Virus record (IMG/VR): IMGVR_UViG_3300031949_000001
Span: 283,305 to 347,304 of that record
Source: a virus
Lineage: Duplodnaviria; Heunggongvirae; Uroviricota; Caudoviricetes
Direction: 5' to 3' (one strand)
Length of the DNA stretch: 64,000 nucleotides
Positions 25,906-34,831 of this stretch are shown here, piece after piece. A program made the translations under genes and the position numbers. Position 1 is the stretch's first letter. Each line of letters opens with the position of its first letter. The notes below the pieces were generated by a model. That model was not told where the DNA came from, did no database searches, and saw only the letters and a list, made by a program, of their open reading frames with translations.

Positions 25906-25923
25906 CTTTTCTCTCGCTTAGTT

Positions 25924-26001
25924 TGGAGCGAATGGAAGGAATTTAACGCTTCGACCTTCGGGCTTGCGGGCACCGACACTCTGACGCTGAGCTACATCCG
26001 C
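25924..26001 (-). tRNA. Degenerate or atypical tRNA-Cys-like gene
   Basis: Good acceptor and D arm, U73-CCA; distorted anticodon arm around GCA; T loop TTAAATT. Confidence 0.55.
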
Positions 26002-26012
26002 TTAGGGTAATA

Positions 26013-26276
26013 CTATTCATCGCTTCTCTCACACTTAGCTGAAAGCACAACTAATGTACTTCCATCCACTATAATCTCTTTGCTTTGAATTCTATTCAAT
26101 ATGATGTTACACATCCATTCTCCAAATGGCTTAAGTTCAGCAGTTTGTTGAACACCATTCAGCGTGAATACAATGATTAGAACCCACACGCTCAAATCCT
26201 TAAAAAGTTGCGTCTCCCATACGTTTCTATCATTACGATAGAACGCGCAGCCTTTGCACCTAGCGCAACACAGCAT
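26013..26276 (-). CDS. Small hypothetical protein (true start probably GTG, MWVLIIVFTLNG)
   Basis: AAGGA RBS before the internal GTG; the track's N-terminal extension lacks an RBS. Confidence 0.55.
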   Translation of the reverse strand: MLCCARCKGCAFYRNDRNVWETQLFKDLSVWVLIIVFTLNGVQQTAELKPFGEWMCNIILNRIQSKEIIVDGSTLVVLSAKCERSDE

Positions 26277-26633
26277 CCGGACTACCCAATGTCACCGGTT
26301 TACATACACTCTCTTGGGGTGAGCGCTAGCAGTCTAGCTGCTAGTACTGTTTTGCTGTAACCTCATACAGTTGCAGAGCATCCGTATGTGTCCTCGTCGC
26401 CACAGTCTCTATATTTTCAACGCCGCAGTATGATTAGGAATTATTGCCCCCGAAGCTGCGTCTTCTCAGGCACCATTCACACCCGAGCTTCACTCTCGGG
26501 ACATTGGAAATTCAATAAGATTGTAAGGGGATATGCACTTTCGGGATTACTCCCGATTCACTTACAGTCCCTTAATAGGAATAGTCTTGACTCTTCCTAT
26601 CACGCCTCGCCCAACCTTGAAACGAATCATAGA
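26200..26633 (-). ncRNA. Large unassigned structured intergenic RNA
   Basis: At least five clear hairpins, no convincing ORF. Confidence 0.55.
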
Positions 26634-27005
26634 CTATTTATTCAGGGTTGTCAAGCTTTTGAGTACTGCCGGATGACCACAATTACAACATTCACCACCA
26701 TCCCACCAGCATTGACAATGAGTTTCATCTTCCCGAGCGCCGCAATGACCTTCATCTATTGAACAGTCGATTGGAGCAGTTGCTAAAATCATTGGTCCAT
26801 TCGAACCGATTGAAAGACCACGACCATACCATTTTTCGCGTTTTTTACTGGTTTGATTGTATGCCATCAGGCAATCATAAAGATATTCCGCTAGAATGAA
26901 ATCAGGTGTATTTGAACCATTTTCGAGAGAGTGGCAATTGATTACATGCGCCAAATCTCTTTTGATTTCTTCTTCTTTTTCTTGTGTATAGTTTTCGTAG
27001 TACAT
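26634..27005 (-). CDS. Hypothetical protein with Cys-rich C-terminus
   Basis: INCHSLENGSNTPDFILAEYL motif. Confidence 0.7.
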   Translation of the reverse strand: MYYENYTQEKEEEIKRDLAHVINCHSLENGSNTPDFILAEYLYDCLMAYNQTSKKREKWYGRGLSIGSNGPMILATAPIDCSIDEGHCGAREDETHCQCWWDGGECCNCGHPAVLKSLTTLNK

Positions 27006-27230
27006 TTACATTCCCTCGCCTGCGGCTATAACTGTAGCCAACATGGCAATCATTGCTGTGTCATTGGCGGCTGTCTCTTCATCACGACGGCTGCTCTCTA
27101 TATAACTATTTGATTTAAATTTGGATTCTCGCTTTCGCTTGAAATCCGGCGACTGTTGATAACAGCGTTCACACATATCATTGGTGGTGCTGCTTGTTTC
27201 GTTTTTACATTGAATACAGATTAGAGGCAT
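27006..27230 (-). CDS. Small Zn-finger protein
   Basis: CIQC...CERC. Confidence 0.65.
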   Translation of the reverse strand: MPLICIQCKNETSSTTNDMCERCYQQSPDFKRKRESKFKSNSYIESSRRDEETAANDTAMIAMLATVIAAGEGM

Positions 27231-27423
27231 TAACCTTGCTCCACATCGTATTTTTGAAGCATTTTTTGCATCTGTTCTCTTGCTGCTAGATAAGCTTCGC
27301 CGGTCAATGCAAGTTCTTTACAATCTATTACTTCAGACGCGAGATAGGCGAACTCGTAAAGTTCGTATGGGGCGCCGTCATATTTTTCTCTAAATTCTTC
27401 CAATGTCATTCTTATTATCCTTT

Positions 27424-27789
27424 TTAGACCTGTGGACCGAACTTCTTGATTTCTGTATCACCACAATGTTTCTTGACCCAAGCTGGAACATCGGCTGGTG
27501 TGGTTTGATAGAATTCTGAGATAAGATCCCGAAGAGTTTTTGCATAGTCTGCGGAGATACCACCCATAGATTGTATCCAATTAACGACTTCTTCGTACTG
27601 CTCTTTGTTCATTTGTGGACCATGTTCCGCCACCATCACAGCATCGCATACCGGAGTCCTAAATGGTGCGCCTCCATCATTAAAGAAATCTTGCGCGAAA
27701 ACCTGGGATGGCGCAGCAAAACTTAATACAAAAGACATACTTACAGAAGCAATGGTTAGTGTCGAAATAGTTTTGAAAAAATCAAACAT
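27424..27789 (-). CDS. Exported hypothetical protein
   Basis: Long signal peptide ending VFA. Confidence 0.7.
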   Translation of the reverse strand: MFDFFKTISTLTIASVSMSFVLSFAAPSQVFAQDFFNDGGAPFRTPVCDAVMVAEHGPQMNKEQYEEVVNWIQSMGGISADYAKTLRDLISEFYQTTPADVPAWVKKHCGDTEIKKFGPQV

Positions 27790-27814
27790 AGGAGAACCCC
27801 CTTTTTAAGAAGTT

Positions 27815-27888
27815 TGGTGGAGAATAAGGGAGTCGAACCCTTGTTTTCACATTGCAAGTGTGAAGTCCTCCCGCTGAACGAATTCCCC
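27815..27888 (-). tRNA. tRNA-Ala(UGC)
   Basis: G3.U70 pair, TCACA-CTTGCAA-TGTGA; late promoter at 27898-27904. Confidence 0.95.
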
Positions 27889-28017
27889 ATATTACATTAT
27901 TTATCGAATACATCGAATGTGCCGACTAGACCTGGAGCGCATAGTATGCGTAGATTTCTCCACGTAGTAACCATGATCCACCGACCCATAAGGGTCATCA
28001 ACACATTCAAATAAAAC

Positions 28018-28202
28018 TGGCTGAGACTAGAGTTAGGTCTCAATTAAGTAGAACTTTAATCCACACCTAAAATGTTTGTTCCCGGTGCATAGTGCCAAAC
28101 GTCGAGGCAATTAATTGTCTGTTTGCGCTTCTGATCGAGGTACCTATATTTCAAAGCCCTTACACCTAAAATCCTGGGTTGCCTTCCCGGATAAGGAACA
28201 AG
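28018..28202 (-). ncRNA. Structured ncRNA ending in hairpin-GCCA (copy 1)
   Basis: Own promoter upstream (TTGACA-17-TAGTAT); TTGTTCC/GGAACAA helix; 3' TGAGAC-loop-GTCTCA-GCCA. Confidence 0.6.
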
Positions 28203-28244
28203 TTGTATACTAAACTATTTATTGGCGCTTGTCAAGAGGTAATG

Positions 28245-28622
28245 CTAGTCACACCACGTTCGATCAACGTAGACTTTCTTATTACCAGAACTAAAATAGA
28301 AACAACCATCTTTCGGACCCAAATAATATTCACGATCTTCTGGTGCAACTTGACGAGTTTTACAAGATAATCCGCGACGCTCAATTTTGTCTTTCTCTCT
28401 AGCATCAGGAACGGTTTGCCATTGCATATTTGATGGATCATCACGACCACCACAATCAAGAGGAATTACATGGTCAACAATATAACCGGGGCAAGCACCA
28501 ATAGACCGTTGAGTAATAGGACAAGGATGCGAGCGGTGAAATTCATTACGAGCAGTAGGAGAACGTGCTTCAACAACGGAAGAACCGATAATCAAGAGAA
28601 TACAAAATAGCAATCGTTTCAT
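28245..28622 (-). CDS. Exported HNH-family nuclease
   Basis: Signal peptide; CPGYIVDHVIPLDCGGRDDPSNMQWQT. Confidence 0.8.
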   Translation of the reverse strand: MKRLLFCILLIIGSSVVEARSPTARNEFHRSHPCPITQRSIGACPGYIVDHVIPLDCGGRDDPSNMQWQTVPDAREKDKIERRGLSCKTRQVAPEDREYYLGPKDGCFYFSSGNKKVYVDRTWCD

Positions 28623-28885
28623 TTTGTTGTGATTTGTTTATCTTTCAGTGTTAACCCACGAATTTCAGGCATTGGATAGTCTTTATACATCTTTTCCATT
28701 TCAGCGGCTCTATGTGGACCTGATTCGTTTTGCGTGAATGGTAGAGCTTGACAACGATACCAAATCGCTATGACCTTTCCATTATGAAGCTCGACGTTTA
28801 TGTCCGTGGTTCCGTGATAAGTATGTCCATCACCGTAGAAACGAGTTTCTTCCGAAACTTCTATATTACCAAGTCCGTTGCTCAT
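28619..28885 (-). CDS. Hypothetical protein
   Basis: 88 aa ORF. Confidence 0.6.
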   Translation of the reverse strand: MSNGLGNIEVSEETRFYGDGHTYHGTTDINVELHNGKVIAIWYRCQALPFTQNESGPHRAAEMEKMYKDYPMPEIRGLTLKDKQITTK

Positions 28886-29136
28886 TAGTATATCTTTCGA
28901 AGAATAAGTGGTAGGAACAGTGCCAATGAAATAATTGTAAACACTAAACCTGCTAGGATTCCGATGTTGTTGTATGCGTCTACAAGAATGGCGATTTCCA
29001 TTTTATTTTTTACTGTATTTGAATGCTTATGATAATTTTTGATAACTTTCACCGACTAGAACAATTTTGTTGTTTTTCGTAAGATAGACAAGCGATTCAA
29101 ATTTGTTCATTCTCTTACCCAATTAAATTTAAAAAT

Positions 29137-29375
29137 TGGCTGATGCTGTAATCATCATTTAAGCAACTTAGTACGCTTGCACCTAAATTTTACCAGATGC
29201 CCAATACCGAGCAGTTCTTTTGGTCTGGTGCCAAGAGCCACCTACTCATTAGATGGCGTGAGTATTCTTACCAGATGCTTTTCCAAGCAGGAGCGATGGT
29301 CTGGAAGCCAAAGGCGAGATTTATCAAGTGCTCACACACTGCTCTTGTTAGAGCCGATTGCTAAGTACACAATTC
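29137..29375 (-). ncRNA. Structured ncRNA ending in hairpin-GCCA (copy 2)
   Basis: Shares TTTAGGTG...CTTAA.TGA...TCAGCCA 3' module with 28018..28202; 5' boundary approximate. Confidence 0.55.
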
Positions 29376-29383
29376 TTAAATAA

Positions 29384-29568
29384 TCTACATTGTAGGACAG
29401 ACTAGATTCGTTCCTCCGCTAAAAGGACTAGTATCTACCGGGTATTAGCCGGGCATTCTGTTCTAATCCGCCTTATCCTGTTGATCTGTCATCAGCGTTA
29501 TCCATGGATTCACTAATGAGTAGCTGGACCTATATGCGTTTCGTTGAACTACCGTCCCATAATGTAGA
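29384..29568 (-). ncRNA. 185-nt rod-like RNA, 6S-like candidate
   Basis: 17-nt terminal helix 29552-29568 with 29384-29400 (one mismatch), extended irregular pairing. Confidence 0.55.
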
Positions 29569-29585
29569 CTATAAAATTCAAAATT

Positions 29586-29663
29586 TGGTCTAGGTAGCTG
29601 AATTCGAATCAGCGATCTTCGCATCCCAAATGCGACGGATTAACCATACTCTCCCATACCTAG
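29586..29663 (-). tRNA. tRNA-Pro(UGG)
   Basis: TCGCA-TTTGGGA-TGCGA, C1-G72, A73-CCA; late promoter at 29688-29694. Confidence 0.95.
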
Positions 29664-29902
29664 ATAGTGAATGAATCATACAGGCTTTATTTATCGTTGT
29701 CAAGCTCCTTTATGTATATTTAATGTCATGGTTTTAATCTTCAACATCATAACACCAAAGTTGACCGCAGCGGCATAAGCCTTACAATGCTGATGATAAG
29801 GCTGAAAATAAGTATCATAATCATAAACAGATCGAACGCTTTCAGTACCACAAACAATCCGAACAGAAAAGTTTTTATTTTTTCATTTAATATAATTAGC
29901 AT

Positions 29903-30307
29903 TTACTTCCTCCCACAGAATTCCGGATGTTCCTTGACCCAGGCTTCCCATTCATACTTTTCGAAGTTGTGCTGTGACAACTTGCCACTGTTATTGGCAC
30001 AACCCCTACACGCACAACCACTCTCAGGATTACACCAGACGCCACGCCATTCACGAGGCATTTGAAGCATGAGTTTACTTAGGAGGCGCTCGCGCTGAAT
30101 TTTGTCTTCTCCTGTATAAACCTTTTTGGTGTTGACTACGCGCCAGAAATCACTACTATTGAACGTTCGTCCTTCATTGTAAGCCCAAATTTCAGCCTGT
30201 TCTTCCGTTTCAAAGGGACCGAAAAGTTCAACCTCTCCACCTTCAACATCGAGGTCGGTTTCATAGCGTTCTTCAACAAAAGCAACGAAGATCATGATTT
30301 TCTCCAA
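29903..30307 (-). CDS. Hypothetical protein
   Basis: 134 aa ORF, WC...GCACRGCAN. Confidence 0.7.
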   Translation of the reverse strand: MEKIMIFVAFVEERYETDLDVEGGEVELFGPFETEEQAEIWAYNEGRTFNSSDFWRVVNTKKVYTGEDKIQRERLLSKLMLQMPREWRGVWCNPESGCACRGCANNSGKLSQHNFEKYEWEAWVKEHPEFCGRK

Positions 30308-30443
30308 GAAGAATTTTGATGACGAGATTCTATACTAATTCAAACTGCTTGTCAATCTTGCCCACTATTCCAACGGTCCATTTCTTCTGATTTCAATATT
30401 TTTTCTGTTTCTAAAATTTGTCTAGACATATTATCATAATATA

Positions 30444-30671
30444 TTACAGATTTATCTTTAACTCCTCTTTGTTAATTACCGATATGTCTATTTCAGATTC
30501 GGTAACGAGTAATTTAACACCGTCTGGCAGAACCCCATGGATAGCATTTTTAACTTCGTTCAGATATTCTTTAAACTTATGTGGAGGCATATTCTTGCGG
30601 GGAATTGAAACCCATATAACTTCATTTGGGTTAACGATAATTTTCTTTATGTGTTCTATTTCTAAATTCAT
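30444..30671 (-). CDS. Hypothetical protein
   Basis: 75 aa ORF. Confidence 0.65.
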   Translation of the reverse strand: MNLEIEHIKKIIVNPNEVIWVSIPRKNMPPHKFKEYLNEVKNAIHGVLPDGVKLLVTESEIDISVINKEELKINL

Positions 30672-30734
30672 GATGATTTCCTTATAATAATTACTGTGGT
30701 TGTTCCTTTGATTCGGTTAATTCGGTAAGTTTCA

Positions 30735-31247
30735 TTACATTTTCCCACGAGATTTGAGAAATGTGAGAAATTCTTTCATTCCGGGGTCTTCGTCATTTTT
30801 GAAGAGAATACTCAAAAGACCCTCAGCAGGGGTTGCTATATTTCTGATAACAGAACCAAAACTCTTAAGATACAACGGAATCATTTTATTGTAAATTCGC
30901 ATTCTTTCGTGTTCATCTTTTTTAGCACCGAATATTACGGCATCGTATTTTGAAATATCTCCTGCTTTTTCTTTGATACCGTTGAAAACGATACCTAAAA
31001 CCTTTGAAGCGTCTGGTGTATCATGTGTTAAACTTGTTTGTTCAATTTCATCATTGTCTTTTTCTAAAACACGAACAAAAGCAATGTTCAAAAATGTTTT
31101 AGTTTTTCCGCTAGGTAAGTCCCATGCGCCTTCTTCTAAAAGTAGACGATATTTTTTACCATTTAATTCGAAATCACCAATTAATATGTCGTCTCGTTGA
31201 GACCAATGAATATGGGCGGTAGTATCAAAGACTTCATTCATTTTCAT
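30735..31247 (-). CDS. Late protein with CTS-like N-terminus
   Basis: MKMNEVFD; ATAAATA at 31269-31275. Confidence 0.75.
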   Translation of the reverse strand: MKMNEVFDTTAHIHWSQRDDILIGDFELNGKKYRLLLEEGAWDLPSGKTKTFLNIAFVRVLEKDNDEIEQTSLTHDTPDASKVLGIVFNGIKEKAGDISKYDAVIFGAKKDEHERMRIYNKMIPLYLKSFGSVIRNIATPAEGLLSILFKNDEDPGMKEFLTFLKSRGKM

Positions 31248-31299
31248 ATATGGAACGTTCCTTACAAATATTTATCGTTCCTAGAATCTAAATCATTGT

Positions 31300-31626
31300 T
31301 TATGATTTTTCATTCCAACAGTCTACACTGCAATCTACATACCCACCGAGGTCTTGTATACGCCAGGGTATCACACCATAAAGAATCCATCTACCAATTT
31401 CCAACTCGGTAATTTTTATTCCTAGTTCCAAAATTTCGCCTTCTGGATCAATCAGTATTGAGTGAAACCTAATTCTACCTGGAAATTTTATCTTAATAGG
31501 TTCGTCTTTGGGAATCGATTTATTTCCAAAAAAGCGCTTAATTCGGTCTGTAACTGGAGGTTTGTCCCAGCCGACTAATAATTCGACTTCGTCTACAGAT
31601 GCTAATGGGGGTTCTAATAGTTTCAT
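31300..31626 (-). CDS. Hypothetical protein
   Basis: 108 aa ORF. Confidence 0.6.
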   Translation of the reverse strand: MKLLEPPLASVDEVELLVGWDKPPVTDRIKRFFGNKSIPKDEPIKIKFPGRIRFHSILIDPEGEILELGIKITELEIGRWILYGVIPWRIQDLGGYVDCSVDCWNEKS

Positions 31627-31640
31627 TTTATGATCTTTTC

Positions 31641-31892
31641 TTAATATCCACGCAACTTAAGCCACCAACCACGTATTTGTGTTGCGATATTTACGAAATG
31701 GACTAGCCTCCAAAATGGAGCACCAGTTGTGGAACCACCCCATCTAGTTGTCGTCCATACCCACCATGGTAATGGTCGTACTGCTTTTACAGTTATCATT
31801 AATTTTATCCTTTTATAATGGTGATCTACAACTTTCATTACAATATATCCTATGATTGCTACTATAGCAACCAATTTAACTAAATCAAACAT
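31641..31892 (-). CDS. Small membrane protein
   Basis: N-terminal TM helix. Confidence 0.65.
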   Translation of the reverse strand: MFDLVKLVAIVAIIGYIVMKVVDHHYKRIKLMITVKAVRPLPWWVWTTTRWGGSTTGAPFWRLVHFVNIATQIRGWWLKLRGY

Positions 31893-32874
31893 TCACCCCC
31901 CGTTTGAATTTAATCGGTTCCTCCAATACTTCCATTACAGAGAAACCAAAGTCTGGCACTAATAAACCGTCTTGTAGAGCGGAATGAAACAAGCCTACTC
32001 GCATATCATACTTCTTTCCAGTGTTTAATTGCTTATACTTCACGGAAGATGTATGTGTTGAAAAATTAGTTGTATACCTCACATGTGGAGTTTTTAGATA
32101 GAATTTCGTAATCCACCCTTCGACCTCAACTTGTGATCCTGAACCACATGGCTTCAAAGCAAACATCTTTTCCCAAAAATTGATGTTTACCTCTTTGAAT
32201 TGATGAACAATATTTTCAAGAACATTCCTAACATTATAGAAATAATCTTTATTAGAATCAAACAAAACGCCTATTCTTTCCCAACATTTTAATAATTCTC
32301 GCCAATCCTCTTCAGTTCCGTCCAAGCGAATGGATGGAATACCACACAACATCATAGAATATTTGTAATATGGACTACACATGTCACAGAACGCTGCTGA
32401 AAACGCATGTAGACTACGTTCCGTGGTGGTATTAAATTTCGGTAGAAAAATCTCACTGTTTGTTGGCACGTTGGCTTTCAACAGATCGATAAGCAAATTT
32501 AATGGCATCACTTCTAATTCTGCCGTAATGACTATAAGTTCTTTCTTCTCTTCACTATCGGTAAACAAATGACGATATCTCTTTGGATCGGCATTGACGA
32601 TCAATGCAAGTTCACAAAGCAATCCTTGCCAAATGATGTCGGGAGAAACAACTGCACCATAATGCAAATCCCAGCAAATCTCAAGATAAGTTAAATAGCT
32701 TTGATGATAGATTTTATCTTCAGGAAGGTTATTGAATACCGGCAAATTTTTTCTAGTGATGATTTTTGTTTGCCAATCAAATTTGTCATCAGTCATACCT
32801 TCGATGAATTCTTTATGAGATAAAGATTTCCTAAAATTATTTGTTTTTAGATTTTCATTCAATAAAATTAACAT
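31885..32874 (-). CDS. DUF4419-like protein
   Basis: HYGAVVSPDIIW, PKFNTTT, CGIPSIRLDGTEEDW, EGWITKFY. Confidence 0.75.
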   Translation of the reverse strand: MLILLNENLKTNNFRKSLSHKEFIEGMTDDKFDWQTKIITRKNLPVFNNLPEDKIYHQSYLTYLEICWDLHYGAVVSPDIIWQGLLCELALIVNADPKRYRHLFTDSEEKKELIVITAELEVMPLNLLIDLLKANVPTNSEIFLPKFNTTTERSLHAFSAAFCDMCSPYYKYSMMLCGIPSIRLDGTEEDWRELLKCWERIGVLFDSNKDYFYNVRNVLENIVHQFKEVNINFWEKMFALKPCGSGSQVEVEGWITKFYLKTPHVRYTTNFSTHTSSVKYKQLNTGKKYDMRVGLFHSALQDGLLVPDFGFSVMEVLEEPIKFKRGVNV

Positions 32875-33077
32875 TCAAGTATTCCCTCATTTAAAACCCT
32901 TCTACTTATTTCTAAGAGGATGTTTTCCTAACGCAATATTTCTGTAAATTTGCCGATCTTCTTCACTTATATTGAACCAATTCGACATTCCATATGCAGG
33001 AGGAAACACTTTGGATGCATGATCGTGTTCATATAGCTTAATGGCTAGAATTTCGATCAACGGATCATTAACTACAC

Positions 33078-33284
33078 TCATTTAAAATAATCCCCCCAAG
33101 GGCTTCTTACACCATAATTTAATGGATGCTCGTCGTCCCATTCCCCGATTTCAACTTCTTGTATATCTGTTATAGTAATAAAGTCCGCATCGCAGTTTTT
33201 CACAGCTTGCTTTACAGCATCTTTACTTCCAAAATCATAATTTAAATCGATAACGTAAACAGTCATTTTATAGGCTTTGGTCAT
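33078..33284 (-). CDS. Hypothetical protein
   Basis: 68 aa ORF. Confidence 0.65.
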   Translation of the reverse strand: MTKAYKMTVYVIDLNYDFGSKDAVKQAVKNCDADFITITDIQEVEIGEWDDEHPLNYGVRSPWGDYFK

Positions 33285-33517
33285 TTCAGTAACCTCATTT
33301 TACGATATTCACGTTGTTCATCGACCAAACCATCAAACAACCCTTTTCCTTCTTCAACCCAGGCTTTGGCATCGTCTTCAGTTAAAACGATCCAACCAGT
33401 TGGAATAAAACGAGGATGTGGGTTATTAACAAGCGGGTCGTACATCAGTATGTAGAATTCTCGTTCTCGTTTCATTTTCTTAACGTCATCCTTTTGTAAT
33501 CGCGATAACTGATCCAA
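33281..33517 (-). CDS. Hypothetical protein, tandem paralog of 33472..33711
   Basis: YILM...PTG..VLTEDDAKAWVEEG...REYRKMRL. Confidence 0.75.
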   Translation of the reverse strand: MDQLSRLQKDDVKKMKREREFYILMYDPLVNNPHPRFIPTGWIVLTEDDAKAWVEEGKGLFDGLVDEQREYRKMRLLK

Positions 33518-33711
33518 CGTTTCTTATTCATTTCATCACCTTCTTTTATCCAAGCTTTGGCTTCTTCTTCCGTAAGAACGTACTCTCCGGTCGGCGAAAG
33601 TGTTGAAAATGTATTGCCGGTGGTGTCTTCCATCAGGATATAGACTTCTGTTGCTACTAACTTTCGTTTAATTCCACGAACGCCTAGAGGCGGAAATGGT
33701 TGTGTTGTCAT
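33472..33711 (-). CDS. Hypothetical protein, tandem paralog of 33281..33517
   Basis: YILM...PTG..VLTEEEAKAWIKEG...RDYKRMTL. Confidence 0.75.
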   Translation of the reverse strand: MTTQPFPPLGVRGIKRKLVATEVYILMEDTTGNTFSTLSPTGEYVLTEEEAKAWIKEGDEMNKKRWISYRDYKRMTLRK

Positions 33712-33974
33712 TAAATATTCTCCCTTGTCCCGTTGTCACGAGCAATATCGTTGGCTCTATGAAATATATCCGTACTAACGCCCATTATGAGATCATCCAG
33801 TTCTTGTTGATAAAGAGGCACAACCACATCTTCTGTATATTCCCAAAATGTATATCTCTTAAAATGTTGTGCGAGTATTTCTTTTGGCATTTTACCAGTT
33901 CCAACTGTGCCTGGGAACCTTGCCATCAGTTCTTTTTCTTCCTTTGTAAATTCACTCATTTTTGTTCTTCCCAA
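33711..33974 (-). CDS. Hypothetical protein
   Basis: 87 aa ORF. Confidence 0.6.
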   Translation of the reverse strand: MGRTKMSEFTKEEKELMARFPGTVGTGKMPKEILAQHFKRYTFWEYTEDVVVPLYQQELDDLIMGVSTDIFHRANDIARDNGTRENI

Positions 33975-34318
33975 AGTGGGTTTTCAATTTCTAAATCTTC
34001 AAACTCACTAAGTTCTCCAATGCAATTCATGCTTGAGCCAGTCAATGCATAGAAGTCCAAATAATCTTCTTGACTAAATTCACCCTTGTTGTACATTCTA
34101 GCAAGCTTGTTGAAACCCATAGGCTCTCGGTCGTTATTACCAAAGCTTCTTTGTAAGCCGGGCTTGCAGTATTCATCCCAAGAGTCAAAGAAACTCTGCT
34201 GAATGGCTCGAATAACGCCATTAGCCTTCAAACGTTGTGTTCCATTCGGATCGATCACTGTGGTGAATTCTCGACCACCAATCTTCACTTTGATTTCATC
34301 ACCGGGCTTATAGGTCAT
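33956..34318 (-). CDS. Hypothetical protein
   Basis: 120 aa ORF. Confidence 0.7.
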   Translation of the reverse strand: MTYKPGDEIKVKIGGREFTTVIDPNGTQRLKANGVIRAIQQSFFDSWDEYCKPGLQRSFGNNDREPMGFNKLARMYNKGEFSQEDYLDFYALTGSSMNCIGELSEFEDLEIENPLWEEQK

Positions 34319-34572
34319 TTTGGAACATCCACGTGTTTGAAAAAATCTGTTGGGATATATCTAACGATGGTTTTTTCATCATCATCCAAATCTTCATCAT
34401 ACCCGAGGTCAACACTGTTAAATTCAACAGCAATCTTACCTTCTGGTGGATCATAATCAGGACCAGAGACGATAACACCACGAGTTCCTTTTGGAACGCC
34501 GTTAACCCAGGTATTCCCAGGTAAATCTTTAATCATTTCGATTTCTTGGGATTTCATTGTTTCACCGTTCAT
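34315..34572 (-). CDS. Hypothetical protein
   Basis: 85 aa ORF. Confidence 0.65.
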   Translation of the reverse strand: MNGETMKSQEIEMIKDLPGNTWVNGVPKGTRGVIVSGPDYDPPEGKIAVEFNSVDLGYDEDLDDDEKTIVRYIPTDFFKHVDVPK

Positions 34573-34831
34573 ATACCATTTTCGTTCGCATGTTGTCTGG
34601 AAATTCGATCATGAATGAGCCATCCGCTAGCGGTATTTCAATTAAACGTTCATGACAAACAACAGCAAATTGTATCCTGGGTTCCAGAACTTGTACTCGT
34701 TCACCAATGCCATATCCCATAAGAACTATTGATCCGTCTGGTTTGCGAATTCTAATCCTTACCGGTTCTAAAAATTCATAAATTACTGGAATGACGGGGG
34801 TGTCTTCGGGGCAACGTTTTTTGTATAACAT
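34562..34831 (-). CDS. Hypothetical protein
   Basis: 89 aa ORF. Confidence 0.65.
   Translation of the reverse strand: MLYKKRCPEDTPVIPVIYEFLEPVRIRIRKPDGSIVLMGYGIGERVQVLEPRIQFAVVCHERLIEIPLADGSFMIEFPDNMRTKMVYER

Noticed and set aside
26366-26374. GCAACTGTA word resembling a cobalamin riboswitch
   Set aside because: The other conserved B12-box elements are absent and no B12-related gene follows.
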